Origin: Clostridia bacterium
GTDB taxonomy: Bacteria > Bacillota > Clostridia > JAAYHZ01
Length of the DNA: 64,000 nt
Direction: 5' to 3'
Assembly: GCA_050950825.1 (NCBI GenBank)
Contig: JBMNIH010000008.1
Coordinates: 113,288-177,287, forward strand
This document shows positions 51,978 to 62,374 of this stretch, piece by piece. A program made the position numbers and the translations under genes. Every line of letters starts with the position of its first letter. The stretch's first letter is position 1. The notes beneath the pieces were generated by a model that saw only the letters and a program-made list of their open reading frames with translations, was not told where the DNA came from and ran no database searches.

Positions 51978-53192
51978 CTAGGCAGCAGGGTTTCTATCCT
52001 TGGTTTTCTTGTTTTCCATACTTTGATAATATAAATCCATATCAAAGTATTTACGGCCTGCTTGCCACTTTTCATCTTGTTCCATAAGCAGGGCACCTAT
52101 CAAGCGGATTACGGATGCCTCATTAGGGAAGATGCGTATTACCCGCTCTCGCCGCCTCACTTCCTGATTGAGCCGTTCCACGCCGTTTGTAGTACGTAGT
52201 CGCTTTCGATATTTCAGGGGCACTGCCAGAATCGCCGTGACATCATCGAAGGATTCGTCTAATAGAGTAGCAGCTTTTGGAGCTATCGTCCCGTATTTAC
52301 CAAGGAGCTGATCTCTGACCTTTCGAGCGCTATCTAAGTCAACAGCTTCATACAGCTCACGAAGATCTTCTTTGATAACAGGCTGTAGTGCTTTAGGAGT
52401 GTGATCCAGCATGTTCCTTGAAAAATGGGTTTGACATCGTTGCCAGGTTGCTCCTTGAAAATGTCTCTTGACTGCATTGACAAGCCCCTTGTGATTGTCG
52501 GATGTAATTAAGCGAACGTCTTTTAATCCCCTTTCCTTTAGGGATGCGAAGAATTCCCCCCAACTGCTTTCAGTTTCTGTGTTAGCCACCTGAAAGCCAA
52601 TAATTTCGCGATAACCTTCTTCGTTGACACCTACGGCGATGAGTAATCCTCTTGACTCAACCCGATGATCTTCACGCACCTTAAGGTAAAGAGCATCTAC
52701 AATTAGAAAGGGATAATGACTTTCAAGCGGTCTTGTCCTAAAAGCGTGAACCATGGGATCCAGCTGCTTACAAAGAGCTGAAACTGTGGATTTAGAAAAC
52801 GATTTACCACAGAGCTCTTGTGTGATGGCTTCAACTTTACGAGTTGAAACCCCATTAATCACCATCTCCATCATGGCCAGTATCAAGGCCTGTTCACTGC
52901 GTTGATATCGGGCAAACAGCTCTGTAGAAAACTTACCATTGCGATGCCTGGGGACCCGCAGAGTAAGTGTGCCAACTCGAGTAGTCATCTGTCTGTCTCG
53001 AAAACCATTGCGGTAGGCAGTTCTTTCTTCAGTTCTCTCATAGGGTTCAGCTCCTACCTGTTCTGAAGATTGGGCTAATAGTACCTGGTTGAAGATTTCC
53101 TCTAATAGCTTGGAAAATGCTTCATCCCTGCCGTTTGATAAAAATAGTCCGTGCAAAAGTTTTTCGGTTATTGTAATATTAAACTGAGCCAT
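51978..53192 (-). CDS. IS256 transposase
   Basis: Identical protein to 48120-49334. Confidence 0.95.
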   Translation of the reverse strand: MAQFNITITEKLLHGLFLSNGRDEAFSKLLEEIFNQVLLAQSSEQVGAEPYERTEERTAYRNGFRDRQMTTRVGTLTLRVPRHRNGKFSTELFARYQRSEQALILAMMEMVINGVSTRKVEAITQELCGKSFSKSTVSALCKQLDPMVHAFRTRPLESHYPFLIVDALYLKVREDHRVESRGLLIAVGVNEEGYREIIGFQVANTETESSWGEFFASLKERGLKDVRLITSDNHKGLVNAVKRHFQGATWQRCQTHFSRNMLDHTPKALQPVIKEDLRELYEAVDLDSARKVRDQLLGKYGTIAPKAATLLDESFDDVTAILAVPLKYRKRLRTTNGVERLNQEVRRRERVIRIFPNEASVIRLIGALLMEQDEKWQAGRKYFDMDLYYQSMENKKTKDRNPAA

Positions 53193-53401
53193 GGTTCATC
53201 CTCCTCGGTTTGGTATTTGATGACACTTATATTCTAACCGAGGTATGAGCTTTGGCTCAACTTCTTTTTACACCATTATATAGACTTAATCAAAGTTTTT
53301 TATCCAAAAAGTTGATTTTTATTTATTTCAAAGTATAATGCCGTCATCATTTAACACACCGTCAAATGGCGTTTTATTTTTATGTGTTACTTTATAATTA
53401 G

Positions 53402-55054
53402 ATGATAAATTTCTACGAAAGGATGATGGCAATGAATATCAATGAAATTATAGAAATCAAAATCAAATATGAAATGGGACAACTGTATAATTACCTAAAT
53501 GAAATAGAGAATACTTATATATCATCTCAGATAACTGGGGAAAATTTAGTTAAATTTTATAACCTGAATGCAACTAATCAATATGGACACTGGCGATGTG
53601 TATGTCCTTTTCACCAAGGCGCATCAAATAGAACTGAGTTTATATTTAACGATAACGAAAAAAGTTTTACATGCTTTGCCTGCAAAACCAGTGGAACCTA
53701 CTTAAAGTTTATTGCATTAATGCAGGGATTTACTTCAAATGCTCTTAATGAAGCCAAAATATTTGCTGCAGTACATTTTGCTCATTTGAACCTTGCTTTT
53801 AATTCAATAAGTGATTATAGAGAAAAAATAAAGCAGAAAGTCATAAAAAGATATGAGGCAACAAAAAGTTTAGACATTAAGGATTATTATGATATCTCAA
53901 TATTACCCGATAAATCTGCTTTACCGGTCAATACAGTAACGAGAAAACCAGATAATTCTTCTGTGAATAACAAAAATGAATTTCCTATTGAATCATCTTC
54001 GAAGAAAGATGCTGAACATAATATTTATATACAAGCGACAGAAGACGCAAAAAACAGTATATTGCTGCATGAAATCCTGTTAAATAAAGAACAGTTCAAT
54101 TCAATTGATAAATTGCAGGATTTCATGCATAAAAAGTATTATATTTCTGGCGGTATTATAGAAAAATATGGACTTATTTATTTTGACAGACAAAGCCAAA
54201 GTAAACTTACTCATCCTAATTTTTATGGACTTAGTGATAGAGTAATATTCCCATTCAAAGACCATAACTCAGGCATAATAGTAGGGCTTCATTGCAGACA
54301 CGTCTTATACAAAAAAGAAGAAGGCAAAAGTAAACAATGGGGGAAGTATTCAAATATTCTTGATTATGGTGAACTCAAAACTAAAGACAATGGATATCAG
54401 TATTACGGTATAAAATCTTTTTCCATAGGCCAGTTTTTGTTTAATTTATTTGAAATTAAAGAAAATAAAGTAGCCCAATTATGGATTACTGAAGGTGTCG
54501 CAGATTGCTTGAAACTAATATCTTTAGGATATGTTAATGCAGTTTCCCCTGGCCAATCGAACCTGACTGATGAGCAGATAAATCTATTAAAACACTATTT
54601 TGGATGTGAGATTGAGATATTTCTCTTCTTCGATAATGATAATAATAACATCGGGCAGTGCAATAGCATCCAAATAGCCTATAAGTTATGGAAAAGCGGA
54701 TTTAGAAATATAAAAATTGTCCGCACCTTTCCTGGACAAGGAAAGGATTTGACGGATGTTGCTGTTGCAATCCAGAATGATAGCCAACTGCGGATGCTGA
54801 TTGACTTGTGGGAAAAGAATGCTTATGTTTTCTCGCCTGCTTCAGAAGAACATTTAAATGTACTTTTGAACTCTGGATATTACACTGATTCTGAAGTATA
54901 TTCAATAGACCCTAGAAATATAGAAGATGAAATCGCAAAAGTTAAACTTCTTAAAAAACTAAGCAAACATCCCGACTTGGATATCAAAGAATTAAAAGAG
55001 ATAAAAGATATTAATATTGATTCTACTGCAAAAAGCTCATTCTTACACTCGTAA
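53402..55054 (+). CDS. DnaG-like primase of a mobile element (CHC2 zinc finger plus TOPRIM), possibly 3'-truncated
   Basis: CPFH...CFAC, RVIFP, ITEGVAD, FDND, KDLTD; AT-rich. Confidence 0.82.
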   Translation: MINFYERMMAMNINEIIEIKIKYEMGQLYNYLNEIENTYISSQITGENLVKFYNLNATNQYGHWRCVCPFHQGASNRTEFIFNDNEKSFTCFACKTSGTYLKFIALMQGFTSNALNEAKIFAAVHFAHLNLAFNSISDYREKIKQKVIKRYEATKSLDIKDYYDISILPDKSALPVNTVTRKPDNSSVNNKNEFPIESSSKKDAEHNIYIQATEDAKNSILLHEILLNKEQFNSIDKLQDFMHKKYYISGGIIEKYGLIYFDRQSQSKLTHPNFYGLSDRVIFPFKDHNSGIIVGLHCRHVLYKKEEGKSKQWGKYSNILDYGELKTKDNGYQYYGIKSFSIGQFLFNLFEIKENKVAQLWITEGVADCLKLISLGYVNAVSPGQSNLTDEQINLLKHYFGCEIEIFLFFDNDNNNIGQCNSIQIAYKLWKSGFRNIKIVRTFPGQGKDLTDVAVAIQNDSQLRMLIDLWEKNAYVFSPASEEHLNVLLNSGYYTDSEVYSIDPRNIEDEIAKVKLLKKLSKHPDLDIKELKEIKDINIDSTAKSSFLHS

Positions 55055-55473
55055 AATTACACTAATGACATAATAAAATCCAATTTATGGTATTCAATTG
55101 CGATAAACGTCCCGAATTTGGGTATCAGCTACCTCGATTCGATATCAAATCGAGGTAGTTTTCATGTGTTTTTTACCTTTTGCCTAATAAAAGGCACAAT
55201 AATCCCTTTTGTTTGTCAAGTTGTTACTTTTGCATATCCGCCTTGCAAAAATTTGATAACTCGTTTTATGTTCTGCGCCATTGATAAGAATCCGCATACA
55301 ACGGTTGATTTAATCAAACCGCGTACCTTCATATTATTCAGTCCTGTGCGTTTCAACGCCGAAACGGTTCCTTCGATTCCCGCTCTCTTACTAACGTTTT
55401 CCTTCCTGCAAGTGGCTATTTCTACTCGTTTCTTTGCGGATTCGACGGCTTTTTCGCTGATTCTCACCACACT
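55019..55473 (-). pseudogene. IS1182/IS5-like transposase C-terminal remnant with its right end
   Basis: RAGIEGTVSALKR..L..MKVRGL..…AQNIKR; end-like TTTTGCAGTAGAATC at 55019-55033. Confidence 0.65.
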
Positions 55474-55552
55474 TGTATTTGTCAATCTAAAACTGTACCA
55501 TTTTACAATCGAAAACTGTACCACCTACAAACTGTACCACCCTATTATCAAA

Positions 55553-56314
55553 TCAATTAATTTTCTCTAACCATTCGCTAGTTTCCTTTATCCTGTAAGA
55601 ATCTCCATTCATATTTATCACATAAGACTTGTGGGTTAATCTGTCAATTAAAGCAGCAGTCATGGTTGCATCATTGAATACCTCATTCCATCTGTCGAAG
55701 GAAAGATTAGTTGTAATGATAGTGGATTTCCTCTCCGCTCTTAAAGAGAGAAATGTAAATAATAATTCACTCCCTTCTTTATCAAAAGAAATATATCCCA
55801 ACTCGTCTGCGATGATTAAATCATATTTTTCAAACCTTTTTTCATATGCATACAGCTTTCTTTCACTTCTTGTTTCTTTTAATTCGTTTATTAAGGACGG
55901 TACCGTCGAAAAATATACCTTATAACCCTTGTTGCATGCTTCAATACCAAGACCAATGGAAAGATGCGTCTTACCCGTTCCGGGATTTCCGGATAATATT
56001 ATATTCCTTCCTTCGTCAATAAAATTTAACGTTTTAAGCTCTTTTAATCTCTTTCTACAGTCTTCCGGAAGGTATTCGGGTCTAAGTTCATCCAAGTGCT
56101 TTCTATACGGAAATTTGGCATTTCTGATCCTGTTCTTCCTACCGTTTTCCTTCCTTGTATCATAAGCTTCTACTAAAATATCACGTAGAAATTCTTCATA
56201 CGGCTTATCAAATTTATATGCCTCTTCAATATTCATTGTCAGTCTCTGGTTGATTCCCGGAATCTTCAGCTCCGATATGTATTTTTTTATTTCAGTGATC
56301 ATTTCATTACTCAA
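55553..56314 (-). CDS. istB: IS21 helper ATPase
   Basis: GNPGTGKT, IADELGY, ITTNL, IDRLTH, GDSYR. Confidence 0.95.
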   Translation of the reverse strand: MSNEMITEIKKYISELKIPGINQRLTMNIEEAYKFDKPYEEFLRDILVEAYDTRKENGRKNRIRNAKFPYRKHLDELRPEYLPEDCRKRLKELKTLNFIDEGRNIILSGNPGTGKTHLSIGLGIEACNKGYKVYFSTVPSLINELKETRSERKLYAYEKRFEKYDLIIADELGYISFDKEGSELLFTFLSLRAERKSTIITTNLSFDRWNEVFNDATMTAALIDRLTHKSYVINMNGDSYRIKETSEWLEKIN

Positions 56315-57903
56315 TTTTTATACCCCCCTGATGATTTTAAATTGAACATTTCATTAAGTATCTCTATTTGCCTTATCGACGCCTTTTGTATTGTGAGATC
56401 TTCTGCTCCTAAAGGTTCGTAATGCTCTCTCGGAGTCTTGCAAACGATATTCTTGATATTCGCTGTTGTTACCAATTCGTTTTTAATCTTTTTCAGTTCA
56501 TTTATTGCATTAACCACACTATTCAAGCCTTTCTCTTTGATTAATTCCAAAAGCTCTATGAAATCTCTTGCTTTATCTGTATAATATTCATGATAAATTG
56601 TTTGAAGCTCCGGGCTAAGCTGGCGCCTGCCGGCACTGGAATGTAAGGCTCCGGGCTTCTTTTTTAATGTATCCAGATAATGATTAATCTCAATAATCCA
56701 CTCATGCTTTTGGTATGATCTTTTGTGCTCGGCCACTTTAATTTTTTTATGATGGACTTCTATCCTTTCGGGATAAATCCTTGCATCCACAAATTTGCCT
56801 ACAAGATAGTCAGGTACTGAATATTTGTTAAGATCCAAGTTAATTACGCTGTATTTATTGACTCTCGCTTCCGTCCTTCTGGATGTATCGTAAGATGGCT
56901 TTAATGGTATGAGATAGGGCATCTCTTGCTTTAACACATCGATTGGGCTTTGATTGTTTTTTAACCAGTTTCTTTTCTTTGAATTAAGTTTATGGAGCTC
57001 GATTATCAGATGTTCATTTGCTTGCTCCAATGTATCAAAATCAGTTCTGCTAGAAAATATTTTTCTCCTGACAAACTCAACTCCCCGCTCCACATGACCT
57101 TTCTCATTCCCGCTGGCTACATTGCAAAACCTATATTTGAAGCCGTAATACAATGACAGCTTGATTAAGTCTTCTGTTGCTTCTTTTTCGTTTATTCCGA
57201 CAAATTTCCTTACGGCTTGCTTCAAGTTATCATACACAACTTCTTTGTGAACGCCGCCTATGTTATTAAATGACTGAACATGAATATCTAAAAAGTTCTC
57301 CATTTTTTGATTGTGGTAAAGCTTCGCGTAATGATACGGACTGCAGGCTGTAGTCATCAAACCCATTTGTACTGTAACATTTTTACCGGCTATCGTCAGT
57401 TTTACTTCACCCCAGTCAAATTCCACCGTTTCGCCAAAGTCATATTCTTGCCTGATGAATGCCTCTTTGATTTCGCAGTTTTCTCTGATGTAATTGCACA
57501 CCGTAGAGTAGCTGATGTCATAACCCATATCAACGAGCTTTTCGTGTATGTCAATCTTCTTCATCAACTGCTTGGATCTGCCTAGGAACTTATTTTGTTC
57601 ATTCTGCATTAATAGTTCTTCTATTTTGCCAATAATCTCGGTTGTTAGCTTTGTTTTCTTTCTGTTGCTGGTGTCATAACTGGGCGAAGAGGACAGTTCA
57701 TCTATCAGTGCTGACATCTCACTTTTATCACCATCCACATTCTCTTGTAACTCAAAAATCTTTTCGCACTTGGATTCATATTCTTTGATATATTTTCTTA
57801 CTGTGGTTCTGGAAATTTTCATTTCGCGGCTTATTGCTCTCTGTGATTTATTTTCCCTATAATATTTAATTAAGATTTCTGCTTTCTGGTCCAATCTCAT
57901 CAC
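56311..57903 (-). CDS. istA: IS21 transposase
   Basis: HTH, EFDWG, YDNLK, NEKGHVE, YSVP. Confidence 0.95.
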   Translation of the reverse strand: MMRLDQKAEILIKYYRENKSQRAISREMKISRTTVRKYIKEYESKCEKIFELQENVDGDKSEMSALIDELSSSPSYDTSNRKKTKLTTEIIGKIEELLMQNEQNKFLGRSKQLMKKIDIHEKLVDMGYDISYSTVCNYIRENCEIKEAFIRQEYDFGETVEFDWGEVKLTIAGKNVTVQMGLMTTACSPYHYAKLYHNQKMENFLDIHVQSFNNIGGVHKEVVYDNLKQAVRKFVGINEKEATEDLIKLSLYYGFKYRFCNVASGNEKGHVERGVEFVRRKIFSSRTDFDTLEQANEHLIIELHKLNSKKRNWLKNNQSPIDVLKQEMPYLIPLKPSYDTSRRTEARVNKYSVINLDLNKYSVPDYLVGKFVDARIYPERIEVHHKKIKVAEHKRSYQKHEWIIEINHYLDTLKKKPGALHSSAGRRQLSPELQTIYHEYYTDKARDFIELLELIKEKGLNSVVNAINELKKIKNELVTTANIKNIVCKTPREHYEPLGAEDLTIQKASIRQIEILNEMFNLKSSGGYKN

Positions 57904-58486
57904 TCCTTTTGCCCCCTTTAAAAATATTCTTTTTAAAGGGTAATCTTACTTCAAACCGGTACAGTTTTCAATTAATGTAGTGGTCTACTTTTAGATTAGC
58001 ACAAACATGAGTACCGCATGAACTGGCTTCAAGACCCGCTTTTGCGCTGTTCCTGCGGACTACGCCGCGTATTTGTACACACCCCATCGGATCGCCGCGG
58101 AGATGGCTGAACCGTACAAAAAGTGTCCTGCATGAACTCTGCGGACGCGCATTCATCAGATATTCCACCAATGATGACCCTAATTTTGCAGACAGCGGCA
58201 GTACACGATTAGATCCATTTTTTGTGCTGCATACTGTCACACAACCACTATGCCAATTGAAGTCATCCAGCGTTAGTGCCGCAACCTCCGAGCATCTCAG
58301 TCCAAGCTCGGTAAAGAATAGAATAACGCAACTATTTCTTTTGCCGATGTCTGTGTTCTTGTCTGGAATCAAATACAATGTATCGAAAACGTTAGTATCA
58401 ATAGTGGACGGAAATGCGGATTTTTTCCATACGGCAGGCGAAAGGGGCAGGTGGAAGATGGATGGGGTAACTGATTGCCCATAAAA

Positions 58487-60188
58487 CCTAAGCTCCCGGA
58501 AAAATATAACGTGCCTTAAGTAATAAGAGTCTAAAAGCATTGTTACATCTATATTACAAATGTTTGAGACTCTTGATTTTTGCCCTAAAAACACGTTATA
58601 ATATAACGTGTTGGAGGTATTTTATGGAACGTATTGTGCATCATAAAAAGGATAACGGTACTACATATGTATATAAAATCGTTAAAGAATATTGGAGCAA
58701 AGAACATAAACAAATGCGAAACAAACAGGTCTACCTTGGAAAGCTGGATCCCGAGACAGGAGAATTGATTCCGTCTAAACGTTTTAATAAAGAGCCGTCG
58801 CCCATGGCCACTGCTTCGACTACAGTCATTGGACCTACATTGGTTTTATCAAAGGTTGCGCATGACATCGGGTTGGAGGCCACACTAGAACAAGTCTTTC
58901 CAGCTTCTTGGAAACAAATCCTTACCCTTTCTTACTTCCTTGTTTGCAAAGGTGATCCATTGGTTCATGCGGATCCTTGGTGCAGAAATCATGAGGTTCC
59001 TGAAAAAGGATCATACACAAGCCAACGCTTAAGCGAGTGGCTATCAAGTATCACGGAAGACGAACGCCAAACATTTTTTAAAGTTTGGAAAAGACATGTC
59101 AGCGAAAATGACTATCTGTGCTACGATATAACTTCTGTTTCCTCATACTCTGAACTTAATGAATATATTCGCTACGGTTATAATAGGGATAGAGAATCGT
59201 TACCACAGGTTAATTTGGCAATGGTGCTTGGACAAATGAGCGGTTTACCCGTAACATATCGTTTTTTACCCGGTTCCATCAGTGATGTCACCAGCTTAAA
59301 AAAGCTGTTGGGAACTTTTGAAAAATTGGAATATCCGAAATTAACCCTTGTCTTGGATCGTGGTTTTTACAGCCAACAAAATATAACGAGTTTATTCAAT
59401 GAACGCTACCATTTTATTATAGGTCTTCCAAGCAACCGCAAGTGGGTTCGTTCCATCATAGATCGCTGTCAAGACGCAATTGTAAGCCCTAAGGGGTACA
59501 GGAACACCGATACAGCAACGCTGTATATGCACACAGAATTGCATCGATGGGAAGAGAATAACCGACGATGTTATGTGCATGTCTATTATGATCCGCACAG
59601 GGCGGCAGAGGATTTCGACAAAAAAGTCAAACATCTTTTGGTCTGTAAAGAGGAATTGGAAAATGGGCGTGCCAACCCGGCTAACAAAGAGGATTACGAA
59701 AGATACTTTGTTGTAAAGGAAACTCCCGTCAGAGGTCTAAGTGTTGAGTATAACGATGAAGCAATACGGGAATATCGCAACAAGTATGCCGGCTTTTTTA
59801 CGATTATGACTACAAAAAAGATGGACGCTTTGGATGCTTTGCAAACTTATAGAGGTAAAGATTGTATTGAAAAGGTTTTTGACGATTTGAAAAATACGTT
59901 GGATATGAAAAGATTGCGTATCCATTCGTCAGATCAAATGGCATCCCGTCTGTTCGTTCAGTTTATTTCGTTAATACTTCGTTGCGGAATACAGAAAACG
60001 ATGAGAGAAACTAAAATGTCTGAGAAATATTCACCGGTGTTGCTGTTAGAAGAACTGGAATCGCTAACCAAGATTCACTATGCAGGAAAGTACAAGGACA
60101 TCGTTTCGGAAGTCACCAAGGTACAGCGTGATATCTTAGAAGCCTTCGGAATTAATGTTAACACGTTATAATTTCACGGGATTTTAGG
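58487..60188 (+). mobile_element. IS1634-family element
   Basis: IR CCTAAGCTCCCG / CGGGATTTTAGG; 6-bp TSD ATAAAA at 58481-58486 and 60189-60194. Confidence 0.9.
58624..60171 (+). CDS. IS1634 transposase
   Basis: YDITSVSSYS, YGYNRD...PQVN, DRGFYS, YR.KD.IEK.F..LK. Confidence 0.92.
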   Translation: MERIVHHKKDNGTTYVYKIVKEYWSKEHKQMRNKQVYLGKLDPETGELIPSKRFNKEPSPMATASTTVIGPTLVLSKVAHDIGLEATLEQVFPASWKQILTLSYFLVCKGDPLVHADPWCRNHEVPEKGSYTSQRLSEWLSSITEDERQTFFKVWKRHVSENDYLCYDITSVSSYSELNEYIRYGYNRDRESLPQVNLAMVLGQMSGLPVTYRFLPGSISDVTSLKKLLGTFEKLEYPKLTLVLDRGFYSQQNITSLFNERYHFIIGLPSNRKWVRSIIDRCQDAIVSPKGYRNTDTATLYMHTELHRWEENNRRCYVHVYYDPHRAAEDFDKKVKHLLVCKEELENGRANPANKEDYERYFVVKETPVRGLSVEYNDEAIREYRNKYAGFFTIMTTKKMDALDALQTYRGKDCIEKVFDDLKNTLDMKRLRIHSSDQMASRLFVQFISLILRCGIQKTMRETKMSEKYSPVLLLEELESLTKIHYAGKYKDIVSEVTKVQRDILEAFGINVNTL

Positions 60189-60520
60189 ATAAAACTCCTG
60201 AAAGTGAAAGAAGTTGCGGATCGATGTGATATAGCGACCTTTTGTCGAGTTGGAAAGTTTATCAAGCTCCTCAAGAACATAGTCGCGTATATCCTCTGCC
60301 GCCAATCCATTGTAGAGCCCTTGAGGGTTGCGATCCAACATATTCTCTAAGAATCTGCGTACGTGGCTGGTTTCCGAATCGACAGTGCCGGTTCTAAGGT
60401 GCTTGATATCCAATGAATACTCTCGGAAACGTTGCAATACAGCCTTTATTGCAGGATTTAAGTCCTGAGGCGGTGGGACTTTCATACTGCAATTGGTAGC
60501 CATTTTGTAGAACAAATTGA

Positions 60521-60700
60521 TGTTCCGTATTGCTTATGTCTCGCAAGACGAGCTTGTTCCATAAACCACTGAACCTGTTGCTCTAACTCAGCAATTCGAT
60601 GATCTTGTTCTTCAATCCTGTGGTCTTGTTCCTCAATCCTGCGATCCTTTTCTTCAATTATATCGAGCAGTTTTTCTGCGGAAATTTCTTGTATATCCAT
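60521..60700 (-). pseudogene. tnpC: IS66 TnpC 5' fragment
   Basis: Coiled coil ...AELEQQVQWFMEQARLARHKQYGTS, then homology stops. Confidence 0.75.
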
Positions 60701-60794
60701 AAGTAAATTGTACCACGAAACCCGCATATTATCAAGGCTTTAGCACATTTTCCAATGAAGTTTTTACAAGATATTTTTACAGAATCTATAATGT

Positions 60795-60952
60795 ACCCTA
60801 TAGCTTGGACACTTTGGGTTTTCAAAACCCTTACCATCGGACATTAGGTTTTTGAAAAAACCCTACATTTCGGACAATAGATTTTATATAATCCCTGTTG
60901 TTCGGACACATGCATTTTCAAAACCCTATATTCCGGACAAGAACAGTTTTTG
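60795..60952 (+). repeat. Five tandem IR-like units (~32 bp period) at the IS3 left end
   Basis: (A)CCCT-N7-GGACA-N5/7-TTTT repeated five times. Confidence 0.8.
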
Positions 60953-61003
60953 ACTTCAATTCAGATGCATATTACAATAAATGTAGTTGGATTGGAGGCA
61001 TAT

Positions 61004-61408
61004 ATGGCAAATAAGAAATTTACCCCAGAAGAAATGTCCGAGTTAAGAAAAAGCAAGTATGTTCTGGATGTATCACCAAGCACTGTACACTTCTCTGCGG
61101 AATTCAAAAAAGAATTCTGGAATGCACTAATGCAAGGGAAATTACCAAAAGATATAGTTAAATCTCTTGGCATTAATCCCGAGATACTAGGCGAAATAAG
61201 GATTGGCGGATTAAAAACAATGATCCGTAATGAAGTAAAAAAAGGCAATGGATTCCGTGACTTGAATACTTATATGCAAGCTGGAAACGGCTATATGTCA
61301 GCAGAAAACAGGATTAAATACCTAGAGATGCAACTGGCATATAAGGAGCAAGAGATAGAGTTTCTAAAAAAAATTGTATCTTTAGATCCGGAGGCACGGG
61401 AATTATGA
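61004..61408 (+). CDS. IS3 OrfA
   Basis: HTH-like region and C-terminal ..LEMQLAYKEQEIEFLKK. Confidence 0.85.
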   Translation: MANKKFTPEEMSELRKSKYVLDVSPSTVHFSAEFKKEFWNALMQGKLPKDIVKSLGINPEILGEIRIGGLKTMIRNEVKKGNGFRDLNTYMQAGNGYMSAENRIKYLEMQLAYKEQEIEFLKKIVSLDPEAREL

Positions 61409-62364
61409 TCATTCCTGCAAATGCCAAGTATAAAATCATACAAGAAACAGTAGCACTGCATGGGAATCTTTTAAATGTTTCTGTCCTGTGCGAAATCGCT
61501 GGTGTTTCTAGATCCGGCTATTATCACTATCTCACTACAGAAGAAGTTAGAAAACAGAAAGAAGAACAGGATCAACAGGATTTTCTTCTCATCATAGAAG
61601 CATATAAACACAGAGGATATGATAAGGGTGCACGTGGGATTTATATGAGATTACTGCATCAGACTCCACCGGTTGTCATGAACATAAAAAAGATTCGGCG
61701 TCTTATGAAGAAGTATGGATTAAAATGCCCAATTCGCAAAGCAAATCCATACAGACGTATAGCAAAAGCGATAGGTACTTCCTATGTCGCTCCAAATCTC
61801 CTGAATCGCGAGTTTGAGGAACATGGACCACGGAAAGTTCTGCTTACAGATATCACATATATTATTAACGGTAGAGCACCTAGATGCTATATGTCTACTA
61901 TTATAGATGCCTGTACAAAAGAACTCCTAGCATGGGTAGTGAGTCCATCTTTGGAAGTTGATTTTGTACTTGAGACAGTGAATCAGCTCATTGAAAAACA
62001 TGGGATTTCCTTAACGGCAGAAACCCTAATCCACAGTGATCAAGGGTCACATTACACTAGTCTTAGTTTTATACAGCTGATTAAAAACAGCGAATTAAGG
62101 CAGTCAATGTCCAGAAGGGCAAACTGCTGGGATAACGCTCCGCAAGAGTCCTTCTTCGGACATATGAAGGATGAAATTCATATCGAAGAGTGTAACACTT
62201 ATGAAGAAATCCTATCAGCAATAACTGACTGGACAGAGTATTATAACTACGAAAGATATCAATGGGATTTAGCAAAGCTATCTCCTGCAGAGTATTACAA
62301 ATATTTAACAACTGGCGAGTATCCACTAAATATACCCAAGCCAAATGGATTCAAGGAGAGCTGA
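61405..62364 (+). CDS. IS3 OrfB DDE transposase
   Basis: GVSRSGYY, TDITY, HSDQGSHY, DNAPQESFF, YYN.ER. Confidence 0.93.
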   Translation: MIIPANAKYKIIQETVALHGNLLNVSVLCEIAGVSRSGYYHYLTTEEVRKQKEEQDQQDFLLIIEAYKHRGYDKGARGIYMRLLHQTPPVVMNIKKIRRLMKKYGLKCPIRKANPYRRIAKAIGTSYVAPNLLNREFEEHGPRKVLLTDITYIINGRAPRCYMSTIIDACTKELLAWVVSPSLEVDFVLETVNQLIEKHGISLTAETLIHSDQGSHYTSLSFIQLIKNSELRQSMSRRANCWDNAPQESFFGHMKDEIHIEECNTYEEILSAITDWTEYYNYERYQWDLAKLSPAEYYKYLTTGEYPLNIPKPNGFKES

Positions 62365-62374
62365 TGGGAAGGCA

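Larger units (their letters stand above)
51704..53291 (-). mobile_element. IS256-family element, copy B
   Basis: Ends GATCAAGTCC / AGACTTAATC; same transposase as copy A; no TSD seen. Confidence 0.92.
55474..58007 (-). mobile_element. IS21-family element
   Basis: 26-bp imperfect TGT-ended IRs; subterminal AAACTGTACCA repeats at 55490-55540; no TSD. Confidence 0.88.
58008..60515 (-). pseudogene. Tyrosine recombinase (RIT-like), split by IS1634 and cut off by IS21
   Basis: SAM-like N-terminal half at 60189-60515 rejoins across the TSD (…QEFY|GQSV…) to GLRCSEV, K, GTH; the HxxR/Y C-terminus is missing. Confidence 0.82.

Noticed and set aside
55489-55540. AAACTGTACCA triple repeat as iterons
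   Set aside because: Standard IS21 subterminal repeats.
60596-60660. 21-nt tandem repeat (EEQDHRI)
   Set aside because: Heptad expansion in the IS66 TnpC coiled coil; unremarkable.
60795-60952. Possible mini CRISPR array
   Set aside because: Units are ~32 bp in total, degenerate, have no unique spacers, match the IS3 IR, and no cas genes are present.
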